Shown: piece by piece, positions 1 to 13,793 of the stretch
How positions within the stretch are numbered: position 1 is the stretch's first letter
Layout of the letters: each line of letters starts with the position of its first letter
Source: the human T2T-CHM13v2.0 reference genome, Homo sapiens
DNA: 64,000 nt
Direction: 5' to 3' (one strand)
NCBI RefSeq assembly: GCF_009914755.1
Contig: NC_060931.1
Translations under genes and position numbers: made by a program
The notes under the pieces: generated by a model
Databases searched by the model: none
Told to the model about the DNA's origin: nothing
What the model saw: the letters and a program-made list of their open reading frames with translations, nothing else

Positions 1-1241
1 TGCTAGATCTTGTTATTAAAGATATTAGTAAAGAAAGATGCATCACAATGAAAATATATTTTGTAACTATTTAAATCTGACTGGTTCCTTTGAAATCCTG
101 TGTATCTTACTGTATGCATTTAAATATATTCATCTCAGAAGGCTGTGTCAATAGGCATCCCACAGCTGCCAAAAAGATCCATGGCATTAAGAAAGGTGAA
201 GAAGCTCTGGTTTACAGGAATATGGAAAGGCAAAATGAATATTTGCTAAAAGGATGTCAGCTCTCTAGAGCAAAAACAACAACGACGACAAAAAAACAGA
301 GGAAAGGTAAGGTCAACAAATCACTGCTACCACGCTGAGGAATCCATACAATCAATAGCTGTGCCAGGAAAAGGGCTTGACCCTGTGGCCACACCCCAAA
401 ATTATTTGTATTCAAAGGAGTCAGTCCCCACAAGGAGGATTTCTGACGCACTTGGCCCTACTGTTCCTCTCTGGGTCAGCGGTAATATGTGGGCGCTGTT
501 TCTGTTCCCCACGACCAGGCCATGTGGGGCCTCGGGGACCCCGAATGCCTCGTGCTGCGGCGGAGGCCTTGGAGTGAGTGCCGGTTCCATGGTCTGCTCC
601 GCCGCAGCCACGACGCTGGGCCCCCAGCACACCCGTGCGGTATGTGTTCCTCGGGGAGCCCTCCTGCCTCCTCTTGTTGGCATACATGTTCACACCATGA
701 TATTTAAGAGAGATGTCACCACAGACAAGCCCATGTCCAGCCTGTCCTAATAAGCAGCCGCCGGGCTGCCCAGAAAGTCACGGTCTTCTCAAAGGAAATG
801 CTTCAGTGCTGATGTGTGACCCCACCAAATCCGAGTGAGGAGCCCTGCAGCCTGGATCTCCGTCAGAGCCGAGGGCCGCAGGCACCGTGGTCCAACCACT
901 GCATTTACAGGGTCCGGCCCATGAGAGCAGGGAGGGCACGAAGCCCAGGTCTGGGGTCTTTCTCCGCCTGAGCGGTCCCTCAAGGGAGGCACGCACGTGC
1001 TGCAGAGCCGGGAATCTGGCCTTTGACCTGCGCCACTTGTAAGTCTCCAGACCCTAGTCTGTTCTTCCCAAGTTGGAGATGAAAATGGCATTTCTCTACA
1101 AAATTGTTGCAAGGATGAAATAAAATAGTGCCCTCGGGAGGGACATATAAACTGTAAAGGGCAGTGCTGAGCTCACCACCATCGCCATGCTAGCAGGAGC
1201 CGTGGCCTCTGGGCTCACCCGGCCGAGGCTCAGCAAACAGG

Positions 1242-1393
1242 CCTGCTGTGGAGCCTGGGCGGCGGGTTCGGGGCGGGGTTCGGGTCCGTCCAGGTTCCCT
1301 GTCCTGGAACTGAAGATGGGAATCCTGCTGCAGAGCCTGGGCGGGTGGGGTTCGGGTCCGTCCAGGTTCCCTGTCCTGGAACTGAAGTTGGGA
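1242..1393. repeat. Two-copy tandem duplication of about 70-80 bp
   Basis: ggggttcgggtccgtccaggttccctgtcctggaactgaag is present identically twice. Confidence 0.9.
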
Positions 1394-2889
1394 CTTTCCC
1401 ATGGGCAGGACTCTTCTCCTTCCTCACCTGCCCGATGCCAGGTCTCCCTGGAGGACTCAGCGTCACTGGAAATGTGGCTCCAAGTCTCCCTAGACCTTCC
1501 TAGAGCAGCAAGAAACCTGGCACCACGGGTGGAAGCCTGGCCTGCCCTGAGCCAGCCTCTCCCACCGTCACCAGCTTCCCAGCACTGACTTCCCCTGGGA
1601 GCCTTCCACCTCTGCAATTTTAGCTGACGGGAATGTTCTTGAATTTGCTAAATATTCACTTACAAAAATTAATCTCTGCATTGTTCTCAATAATAAACGT
1701 GAAAATAATCGAAACGACCTAATACAGGAGATTTGTTAAATAAATGTGGCTTGCACGTGAAATAAACACTTTGCAGCCGTTAAATTTTATGCTGTAGAAG
1801 AATCTGAGTGACATGAAGATTCACAATACATCAAGTGAAAAGGCCAGGTCATAATATGGTAGATAAGATATAATCTAATTTACAGATGTATGTATATACA
1901 CACACGCGTATTAACAGATATGCGTGTGTATATATATGATGTAAACAATTATCTGGGTGATGAAATTTGGAGACTTTTTATTTTCATATTTTTAAAATCT
2001 GTGTTTTCTAAATATTTGTATTTCTCTTAGAAAAAATATATTTTTTTTTTCCAATTTTCATTTTGTTTGATCTGGTTTTAAATAAGAAACCCAAGCTAAA
2101 GAGGTTGGCCACCCTTTTCCTCTGTAGTTTCCCTGCCTGAGCAGCCTGAAGTGGTAGAGGCCGCCTGCCCCGTCCAGGCTGGGCCTGCTCTGGTCTCAAT
2201 ATCCCTCCAGAGGAGCAGAGTCCCAAGGCTCCCCAGAGCAAGGCCCGCACAGGCCCACCCTGCTCCTCTGAAAGGTTGGGGAGGGCAACTGGGACAGTCC
2301 AGGTGCGTCTGCAGCAGGGGAGGAGGCTCAGATGACCAAGAGTTGGTCTCTGAAATGGATGCAGTAGAAAGAATCAGAAACGTCCCCTCGTGGGCACCAG
2401 GCAGGAGGCTGAGCCCGCTGATGAAGCAGGTCTCAGTAAGGAGCTCCACGCAGTGGCAGTGACATCTTGAAAGGAGAGAATCCCCTGTCCCAGGACCCTC
2501 AGGTACCAGCCTGAGCTGGAGACACACTCCCTAGGCCCGGCTTTCAAAAGGAAGCTATCAGGATGCAAATTGGCTTCAGGCCCACCACCAAGTCCATGCG
2601 CGCTGAGACAGGTGCAGCGACCTTACAGTCAGAGTCTGTGTTTAGCTTGAAGTTTCACAGCACCTGTCCTCCAAGGCCTCCGGGTTATCTGAGGGCACTT
2701 CCTGTGGACATCCTGTTCCAGGCATGGCCCCTGGGGTCTAGGCAGTGGTGTGTGGGCAGGGGGTGGTGCCTGGAGCTTCCTAACACTCTTAGTCCTCCTG
2801 CAAAACCAAGACCCCACCTGAGATCAGGAAAAGTTCTCTATCACACAGCCTGGGAACACTTGCCTTGGATTTTGGCCTAGGACAAAGCC

Positions 2890-3095
2890 TGGCTGGGTGA
2901 CGCATTCTGGGCTGCCATGGGGTGGGGGGAGGGTACAAAGTCCCCTTCTGGATCTTCCCAGCTGGGTGAGGCATTCAGGCCACATCGGGGGTGGGGTGGG
3001 GGGAAGTCCCCTCCTGGGTCCTTCCAACTGGATGAGGTGTTCAGGGCCGCCATCGAGGGTGTGGGGAAGTCCCCTTCCGGGTCCTCCCAGCAGGT
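2890..3095. repeat. Degenerate minisatellite, about 65 bp x 3
   Basis: aagtcccct(t/c)c(t/c)gg.tc.t.cca.c.gg recurs three times. Confidence 0.75.
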
Positions 3096-3711
3096 ACTGA
3101 TCTTACTCCTTCGTTCTCAGGCGGGACACTCCAAGGGGCTCCCTTATCCCCGACATCACTGGAGCTCTTGGCCTGGCCTCCTTCCCTCATGGCTACCACA
3201 GGCCACCCAACCAAAGAACACATTTTTTGCCTTAAAGTTCTCCCATTTTGGTGTTTTGTGTCAGCGCTTCCAGACAGCCAGTGGCCTGGTCTTTCGTGGT
3301 CCCTGCTCTCCCCGCAGCTCAGGGTGGAGGCCCTGTCCAACTAAGCACAGCACCACCCTCCACACTGAATGTCCTCACCAGGCCGCAGCACAGGCCGCCC
3401 TCCCGCCGTGCTGGTCTGACCTCGGGGGCCCCTCTCCCCACGAGGACCTCTGTGCCCCGCCTGCACCACTCCTGTATCCTTCTCGGCGCCTAGCACGGGG
3501 CCTGAGGTGCACTAGGGCTTCCTGAGTATTTGCTTATTTGAGCACAAACCCAAAAAGGCCAAGGGCAAGGGTGTGTACGTTCAGAACAGTGAGCACGGCA
3601 GGTCTTAGGGGGCCGGGCGCTCAGAAGGGCCCGCCGGGCATCTGAGTTCTGCGCGGAAGATTAAACCAAGAGGAATCTCAAAGAGGAGCGGTGGTTACTT
3701 GGAAACCATCA

Positions 3712-3990
<279 letters not shown>

Positions 3991-6900
3991 TCAATGTGGG
4001 AATGAAAGGGAAGGAAGCAGTGGGCTCACCCTCCTCCCCGAGATAAAGCTTTGTTTGAGCCTACGCTGTGGCGTCTGTTCCTTTGGGATCCACCTTGGCG
4101 GGGTGAGGATAGCCTACGCTCAAGGGCCCCGGCAGGGATGCAGGACAGCCAGGGGACCCCGAGGCACAGATGCCGCGGCGGCCAGCCTGGGCTTTCTGCC
4201 CTCACTGCCTGTGCCCAGGGGCTCCGCCTGGGCCAGCCGGCCCTGGGCTAGGTCACCCGGCCGGCCTATGCAGGGCCCAGGCTGGGGCCTCTGCGCCTGC
4301 TGCCGCCTGGGCTGAGGTATGAGGCTGAAGGTACCTTACTCAACACTGTCAGTGCACGGGAGAAAACGCCCCTGGTGTGTTAATAAATCACTAGTTACTA
4401 GAAGGGAAGCACAAGAACTAGAGATGCTATCATTTTCCTGGACTTGAGACTCAGTCATCAGGTACAAAGGAAAGCATTTCTTAACAACAACAAAAAACTC
4501 AAACGTGTTTCTCTCTGAAGCCCCTGTGCGTCCACCCGTTGGTTAGTAAGGGGAACAGCATCTTTTTACTGGGCTTTGTTTCAGAAGGGGATTTCTTGCA
4601 ATCAGCCCTCTCTTCTGACCTTGACACAGCCATCTTTCTACAGTGGGATCTTGCCATAGGGCCAGTGCATGCTCACAAAAACGGTTGGGATTTTTGCGGT
4701 TTGGAAAGAGAGAGCCACACCACACCCACGGGCACACACGAGCTCCACCAGGCACAGCTGACCCAGATCCCTGGAATTGAGTGAGGATTTCCAGTGTGGC
4801 TTCCACTCTCGAAACTGGTCAAGGTGTCAGTATCCACAGCATATGCAAAAGTGAGCTAACCTGCAACATTTCCTGTTTCTCACTTAGGGGCACTGCTTCA
4901 AAACACGCATGCACCCAAGACCCTTTCATCTTAGGGCATTCATATTTCATCATGGCTTTGATTGCATATGAAAGCAATTCAAGGGTATATTTTTACCTAA
5001 AGGTCTAATAATTTAATAACACTTGTTGAAGCCACATTTGTATTAGATTTCACTCTGTTTTAATACCACATTGCTTTACATAGGGTCCATCTTTAATAGG
5101 GACCAAATAGTCTATTTTTTGGTTCTCCGCTTTCTTCTGTAAACCACAGGGCATGAAGGTAGTTCATCAGTGCCCTTTGATGAAGAACAGAGCCATGAAG
5201 ATGACTTCTATCAGACAATGAAAATTGCCTGATTGAAATCTTCTCTGTCTCTGTTGACAATGGTGTCACCTCGTGGATTACAGTCACCTTTTATCAGCCA
5301 ATATCAGAGAATACGCTGTAGAGAAATTCCCACTTGTTCAGAAAGCTGCTATGAGGCAAACCCTTAATATCAAACTCAGGAGCACAGTCTAACTTTTCAC
5401 AGCCAACATCGCTATTCATAAAGTTTGAGATAGCTATTCACATTTTTACTTATAGTATATCAGATCTTTCTGAGCCCTGGCCATGCTTAATCAGCGGACA
5501 TTGGGCATCCGATGCTTCAGTACGTAACTTGCCTTCCCTAGATGCTGGTGTGTTAACAATCCCGAAAGGAGAAGAAAGTTACTGGAGCCCTTATCAGCTC
5601 CACGGGAAGGCCATGTCCCTCTGGGTCACATCTTGGATTCACTAAGCTTGTGATTTGTGAACCTCCCCCTGCCCTGTGGCTTTGAGGGAACAGGACTATC
5701 AAACTGCTCACCTTACTGTACTGGGCTTTTACTCTGTGCTATTATGCTTTAGAGGGAAATTATCTAATCCATGGTTTACTGAAATCCATGTTCCATACAG
5801 TGACACATACTATAAGATTCTAAGCTAGTTCCAGTGCAGCCTCATGGCATTTTTGTTTTCCAGCAACTTCATAAGAGATTAAATATGTTTTACGAATTTC
5901 TTACTGTGGCAGGGTAGAATCTTTTTTATGTCCACTGTAATTTTTTTTTCTTTCATGAAAATCTTGAGATAATTCTCCAAGATAAGGAGCATAGGAATGT
6001 TTCTTTAATTAAGGAATTAGAAATAAAGACCCTATTTTTTCCCTGAGATCTCCACACTGGAAATTCGAAGCTCTAGCTGATCTCCGTGTCCTCTCTCTAT
6101 TATGTATGTCCGTGTCTGTGTATTTGTATGCATGTATCTACATTTCCAAGTTTCTATCTATCTGTTTATCTATTTATCCATCCATCTAATTTTGGACTTT
6201 CCTGAAGAACCCAGAAGGGTAGAGAGCTGTATGTGACATGTAAGACTCCTCTTCCACAAACTGTCCTTCTGAAGCAAAGCCCCATGTTTCTGGTGATGGC
6301 CCCACAAGTGAATGAGCCAATATTATATTAAATATCATCAGCACCTCCTGCCGTTGGGGCAGATCGTGAAAAGTGGACTACAAAGAGCAGAGCCTCTCTC
6401 CTCAGCAAACATACATTTAGGGGAAGGGGCAAGAAGTTAAACTTTGCGTGAGAGCAGTATCAGTTACTGTTATCTTTCCCTAGGTCATTTAAGGGCAGTA
6501 CAGTTTTACAACTTCCATAATTCTATTTCATTTATTGTATTTGATCTTTTTATCCACTTGGTTTCTTGCTCTAAAAGCAACTAATCTGAGGAATTTAAGA
6601 AATGTATAAAGGGGAATTAAATTATAGCTAGGGAATCATAATAACACACTTGTATGTCACAGGTGCATTCATATTGTGATGGTTTAGTATCATTGTTAAT
6701 TGCATCTTGGTATCAAACTATACAATATCCTCTTGCGTGAGCTTCAGCACATTTAACATTAGCTCACAAATTTGTACCAAGTTTTAAAACAGACCACAAA
6801 ATCACATCTAAGAATGACTTTTCTCATATTCCATGACAATCTGAATTTTAAGCTTGATATATAGTTTATCATTTTTATTTAGATATAGTGATTACGTATG

Positions 6901-7129
6901 TGAATAAATATCAACCTAAGCCAAGAAACAGATATAAAAGCACAGCCAGCTATTGACTCTATTTTTTTAGGGTTGTCTTAGTAAATAAAGTATTGATCTT
7001 TCCCGTTTGGGACTTCAGCACAATCCCGCTCTCCACTCCTCAGTAAAATGGATTCATTGTCCTTGGCTTGTTCTTAGCAAATAGTAATCCACATCACAAA
7101 AAATAAACTGGCCATCTCAGCCAATTTGG

Positions 7130-7131
<2 letters not shown>

Positions 7132-7168
<37 letters not shown>
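7132..7168. repeat. Poly(T) homopolymer, 37 nt
   Basis: Direct count; no adjacent SINE body. Confidence 0.95.
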
Positions 7169-7171
<3 letters not shown>

Positions 7172-7724
7172 AGAACAGGTTCACATGTCTTCATGGAGAC
7201 CCAAACCAACCATCTCATAAAAGAACAATTTGAAACCATGCAGCCTCAAACAAGTCTTCTCTCCTCATTATTTTAATAAGCATTACACACCCCACCCCGT
7301 GTTTTTCCAGGGATTTTTTTTTGGACATAGAATTAGGCAGCTTTTCATCAACTCTGAGAAACGTTCTCTCACCCTATAATGTTGCCTTGTTTCTTTTATT
7401 TTGTTTTTGTTTTTGTTTCCTCCCCATGACTTGTTTTATTTTGGTTTTGGTCAATAAATGTGACTTACAAGGCACCAAGGTGGCTAGGAGGATGCTAAAG
7501 TGAGTAGCTACTCTATCTCATTGTTCATTAGCAAAAGCAGCACAACCTAACAGTGGCCCACAGGGAAACCTAAGACTTCCTGAAGCCAGAAGAAATCCAG
7601 TGGTTTAGGTGTTATCACTCAAATACAGGTTGAATCAGTAACTTTGTAAGCTACGAATATTTACATGAGTTTGGCAAGTTTGATCTGGAAAAAATTCTGG
7701 AAAGAAAAAATACACAAGTCATGA

Positions 7725-9675
7725 GATATTAAAAATTTGCAAGATACAAGACTATTTTTAATGGGAAATCCAAGAAAAAAACCTGAAATGCCATATTTAT
7801 CACAACCTTAGATAGTCACTGTAAGTCAAGGTTCCTCGCCCTCTCCATTCAAAGCAAAGCATCACTGTCCATGAAAGGCACCCCTCAGTGACAGGAGGTG
7901 CACCTCCCCACGTCCGTTTAGTTACAAACAGGAGCCCACATTTTCTTAATTTCTATAATTAGTGTTAGCATTGCCTACATTTGAGAATGTTTGATGATGA
8001 TCAAAGAGAGTATGGAAACAGATTTGGCAACACTTCTACGGTTACGACCGTGAACAGTTTTCACTGAAGCTTACTTAGTGTCACAGGTCCCGCCATGTTC
8101 CTGTGAAGGTCACTAGGTTTTCAGGAATAATTGTCCTGTTTAGTGCATTTCCCAAGAAAATCCAAGTTAGGAGAATGTTCCTGATTTACTACTTTAAATG
8201 CCAAATTAACCTTAACTAGATACGTTTAAATAAAGCTATAGGGACTATGTTTTAAATAACAATTGTCCTACCCTACTGGAAAATAGTGTTAATTATTATT
8301 CAGTTCTATTTCCATCGTGTGTCAGCTCGGGTGCGAGTTCGCTGGGTTATGTAGGAGCCATCAGACTTAAGCAGCCACAGACAAGACAAAAAAGAAGCAC
8401 CCAAGTAATTAAGTGACATTAACTCACTAACTTTTAATCAGAGTTTAGGTGGGGAGGGGGCATGGAAAGCCCTTCCCCTTAGCTTTGGTAAATTTTCCTA
8501 AATTTAAGAATTGTTTCCTGCTGAAGAGTCAGGAGAATGATTTAAACACATAATGTGCTTTTTAAGCAACTAAGTAACAATATGGCAAAGAGTTTTGGGT
8601 CCGGGGGGGTTGGGGGGGGGGATTTGTAGCATCCTACCCACTTGATTGTCACCAAAGACAATGAGAATCTCTTTTTAGAAACTGGTGTAGACCATACCCT
8701 GACATTTTTAATCATTAAAGTCAGATTCCATTGAATGCAAATGTAACAGAGATAAAGAAATTTCCGGGAGTGATTGTTACTAGACTTTGTATATTAAGTG
8801 TGGCCAAAAGATAATTTCCCACCAGGTCCCAACTCTTTTTCCATTCCTGTAGAAGAATGGTAGATTATTTAGTAGTAAACTCAACACACTAAATGTGAGC
8901 CAAAAAAAAACGTTTAGAAGAAAAACAAACAAGCCAGAAGAGTTTGGAGCGAAACAAAACGCAATCACTAGTGTCATCTTTTAACACCTGATGCAATAAT
9001 AAATCAACTTTCTAAGCCACTTAAACTCAGAATGGTGTTTGAGAGGCCAATATAATTATTGTTTACTATAAATTAAAGCATTCATTAGTTTTTACACATT
9101 CCACTAAATTTTAGAGATGGGTTTTTAAACTTGTGGTTTCTAAAAATTTTAATTTCATTCCTGATAAAAAGTGGGTTTCTTTCACCAATAGCCATATCTC
9201 ACCCAGAAGGCCACATTTTGAATTTGTTGCCATGTATTTCCTTAAATTTATAGGCAATCAAGTATTTGAGGATTCAAATCCAGTTCTTATCAGACAGCCA
9301 CTGCGCTTGCATATGTGCACATACACTGTTATAAAATAAGCAGCATACATTATGAAATCCCTATTTTGTTTATGAAATGTCTTCGCTTTTTTCCTCAATA
9401 CAGAATTAAATCCTCTATTGTCAAGCTTGATTTATCAAAATCTGCAAAGGTTAATTTAAGTTTCATGTACTCCTCAGCTTCACCTATAAAAAAACGCAGG
9501 GTTTGTCATGATGTCAACCAACAGATTTTCAAAATGAATCATAAACGGAGACAAACACGGTATAAACAAGAGACAAAATTTTTCTTATCATGAAAGACAA
9601 CATGCAAACATAAAATGCAGACATTGACCTTTGGGTGTGACTTTACTCCTCTCTACGACCAGCAGAACGGCACTC
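7725..9675 (-). other. CNPY1: Probable CNPY1 3' UTR (3' end approximate)
   Basis: AT-rich sequence downstream of the stop codon. Candidate minus-strand ATTAAA at 7762-7757; other ATTAAA/AATAAA hexamers near 8435, 8710 and 7400 make the true end uncertain. Confidence 0.5.
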
Positions 9676-9713
9676 CTAGAGCTCAGTATGATTAGCAGAA
9701 GTTTCACACAGAT
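9676..9713 (-). CDS. CNPY1: CNPY1 last coding exon: (D)LCETSANHTEL-stop, with KDEL-like ER retrieval motif HTEL
   Basis: Acceptor (t)13ccag|, phase 1 matching the upstream exon, TAG at 9678-9676. Carries the last saposin Cys. Confidence 0.96.
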
Positions 9714-11295
9714 CTGGAAAAAAAAAAAAAGTAGATAGCATCATTATCACTTTAGACTCCAGCCCGTTAAGTCATTTACATTATGCAAAAACTATGTTCT
9801 GGTAGAAGCATATTTTAAAAACTTTTATTATGGAAATTTTCCCAAAATGTTATTATAGAAATTACCCAAAAGCAGAAAGAAGGGTGTAATCTATTCCCCT
9901 GCACCCCAAACCCAACTTCAACAAAGATCAACACTGCTGTTCTTGCCCATATTCCAGTCTTTTTTGGCTTTAGGATTCAAAGCAAGGCCAAGGTATTGTG
10001 TCATTTCACCCATGGCTCCACTCAGAGATATTTCACAGCCTGTAATGGGCACAGGACATCTGGCATTTAACCCAAGGACCACAGAAGCAACTAGATACTT
10101 TGATAATGCTACTTTTCCAGTTGGAAGCAATTAATGCAAACTCTATCGAAAAAGGCTATGGATTACTTTAGCTACATAACTTTTAAAAAATATGCTAGCC
10201 TTTGAAAGCAATTATTTTACATATTAGAATTTAACATTCCCATTAGTTTTGAGAAGTCTACATAAAAAGGGAAAAATCTTTTACTTTAAATGTAGGCTAA
10301 ACATTTCTAGATACTTGATCTCATCTTCATATGCTGCATTTGAAATTGTGATGTGGCAAATTCATCAGTGATGATGCTTTTAAATGTTAAGGTTTGATGT
10401 GGAAGCAGAAGAGATACATACAGAATATATTTGTGTATTTATTTATGCCTTCATATATTCTATTTAACAAATACTTCCATGAGTATTAGAAGATCCATTC
10501 ATTTCTAAGTTACAGTGCTCTGTTCCATACCTTGAGTGGCACAGAGCTGCACTTTTCATCACGACCCTATAGCACATTAAGATTTTAATCATTTTGACTC
10601 CAAGACATCAAAATGACATTCTGGAGAAGTCTGAACTATATGCCCCAAGATATTCCACCAGGAACATCTAATGAACTTGCCTTTATGTCTTGCCTAGGAA
10701 AAAAAGAGATTATCTGAGGAATAACCCCCTGTTACTCTGTCTCACACTCCAAAAACAGAGTACATTTGATGACTTTTATTCTATCCAGTATATAAACTGC
10801 AGTGGCAGCCACAGATTCATTTGTAATCCTATAACCTTTCATGGATATTTTTTTTCACTCATCAAAAAAATGACACATAATGTTTATGAAAGTCTCAGTG
10901 ATGTGTTATATTTTCATCCAAACACAATCATCTTAAATCTGACATATATATTTTCTCCATTCTTCCCCACTTATTTTTGTGTATTGGTGAATGTTAGAAC
11001 TTCAATATTTTGAAGAGTCTGTGAATGTGCCCTACTTGCCAGCATGTGATTATTATAAATAAAGAGAAATAATCTACATTAAGAAGAAAAAAAGCGAAAC
11101 TCATATATAAACAAGGTGTATGTAAAGTGTAGAAAGGAACTAAAGTTTCAATAAAACCTCTAATTCTACCAATGTCTATTTTCTAAATATTTATCTTCCT
11201 AAAAGCAGTGTGTGAATATTTTAACAGCATAGAGCGTTGCACGTAGTATACACTCAGTAAAGAGTTATTGCTTAATGTGCAGTTTCATACCCCCC

Positions 11296-11296
<1 letters not shown>

Positions 11297-11329
<33 letters not shown>
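11297..11329. repeat. (CA)n microsatellite
   Basis: About 16 uninterrupted AC units. Confidence 0.95.
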
Positions 11330-11331
<2 letters not shown>

Positions 11332-13505
11332 CACATCTTTAAGACACTGTTTAAACTCTGGAGTGTCTATCACAGCAAAGCTGTTGGGCAAGATCACAAG
11401 GAAAAGTATCGCCTTCACAAAGCAGAGTATGACTGTCATATTCTGGTTGTAAACTGGCTGTCCTTGTATGTTAGATTAGGCACCAGTGCATCTGGAGTCT
11501 TCTACGGTACGAACATCTCACCCTTCAGTTGTCTGAAACCATCCCAATGTGTTAAGATGCATGAATTCTCTGTTGCTTCAGTCACTTATCAGAGTTTTTA
11601 TCATTGATGTGTTGCTTGAGCTTTTTCTAGCAAAAATTGTTCAGTTTGAAGAAGCTCTCTTCCTTGTTATCGTGCTATTAACTCACTTCAACAGTAGGGC
11701 TTTTTGAGTGGGTGGGAGAAGTCCAGTCTCTCTCTAGGATTAATTTATTCTCGGTTTTTAACTTATGAGTGGTTTAGAACACCCATAAATATGTTTCATG
11801 AAGAAACATTACCTGAAAGGACTCACCCCGCTTCACTACGTAGCGGCTCAATGGTGGCTTGCACCTTTGAGCATCTTTTACACCTTTTACTTCCAGTACT
11901 GCTGTTCATAGTGGTAAGGACTTAATCAGTGTTTTAAAAATCAAATGCCAATTAAGAATTATCTCATCAGGTTTCATTTTATACTTGCAAAATTGCACCT
12001 ATCTTAGGTTTATTCTTTCAGCTTGCATTTTCTCAAGGTTAGTGTTAAGTTTTATTCCAATTATAAATATGCAGAAGGAATGAAGAAAGGTAGTTAAGAT
12101 TATTGAAATTAAGTCAAATTGACAAACTTGGGAGCAGTCTTTCCCCAGGATCTTATTATTCGGGGTGACTACTGCTGGGACTAGTTACTGGAACCCTCTC
12201 TAGTCCTCCTGGAGCATCTGAGAGAGGGCCCATGTAGCAGTGGATCTGCGTTTGTCATAGACCACGTCCTTTATGAGGAAAAAATAGGGAAATTAATATT
12301 TCAAATATTGTTCATCACATTTTTGCTTCTATCTGAATGCCTACATACATCTCTGAATTGTTTGAAACACTTTAAAAACATTTCCTGTGGGAAGTTGTGG
12401 TCATGGACATCACACATTTCTATAGTATATCTCCCACATCAAAGAAAAATACCCCAAATGCCTGAATAATCCTGACTACGTCGTCTCACTGTATTCTTTT
12501 GCAAGCTTCATTAAAACTGGATTTTAAACAGAAACAACCCAATTATCTACTCAGAGTATAAGCAAAAAAGACAAAAACAAAACCAAAAACAAAAAAAACA
12601 AAACTTTACCTGTTCTGTTAATGGGAGATTTGTGTACTTCTTGTTTAATAACTTTTGATGACATGAATATTTATCTACAAATGTTCAGTAGCTGTTATTT
12701 TAAGGACTTTGGCACTACATTTGATATAATGGATGTAGGTGTATTATATACTTTATTGTAAACAACTGCTGAATGCTAATTGTCTCAAACTTCCACATTG
12801 TTTAAAAGTACCCCACTGGCTTTAAATCATTGTCTTCATATCTACTCACTCATTTCTTCCCAAAGATATCCAAAAGAATGCACAACTGTGTACTCCATTC
12901 TTATAAATGTATTAAACAAGCATCCAAGTTAGGGGACTAGAAGGTCTACGTACAGCCAACAGAGCGGAGAGTCAGTGACCATCGCTTTCAACTTTGTATA
13001 TTATAAATAAAATTCTGCTCATTTTTTCCAGCTTCTGAGTGTGTGTATATGCTTAAGAATTAACTATTATTTTCCACCCTCTGAGCCAGAAAAAAATTTT
13101 TTTTAAGAAGTAGATACAGGAATGGAACCTGGAAAAAAATCCAGCATCCCCCCAAACAAACAAACAAACAAACAAAAAAACTTTAGAAAGTTCTTACAAA
13201 ATAAAAATCGCACCTTCTGCTGCTGTAGCAGATACTCAAGCCATGAAGTGAGGGTCTCCTTCCCTGGTCCAGGATGGAAAAATCCTCTCTCTCTCAAAGT
13301 TTTTAAAAAGAAAGTGCTTTGGAGTCTTCTAATTCTGAACAAGAATTTTCTCCTTAACTGGAAATCAAGAATGTTTGAATTCACTTAATATATAGAGGAA
13401 AGAAAGTACAAAGAGGAAGGCCACACAGCCCTGTGGTTTCTGTTTATCTGTTTTCTCTCACATGCTGTCGTTTCTGATTCAGCGGAGACGGGGGATCCTG
13501 TGTCA

Positions 13506-13793
<288 letters not shown>

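Noticed and set aside
1885-1940. Imperfect inverted repeat of tatatacacacacgcgtat
   Set aside because: Low-complexity RY sequence is inherently self-complementary.
8597-8621. G-run cluster as an RNA G-quadruplex in the 3' UTR
   Set aside because: The G runs are on the plus strand, so the CNPY1 transcript carries the C-rich complement.
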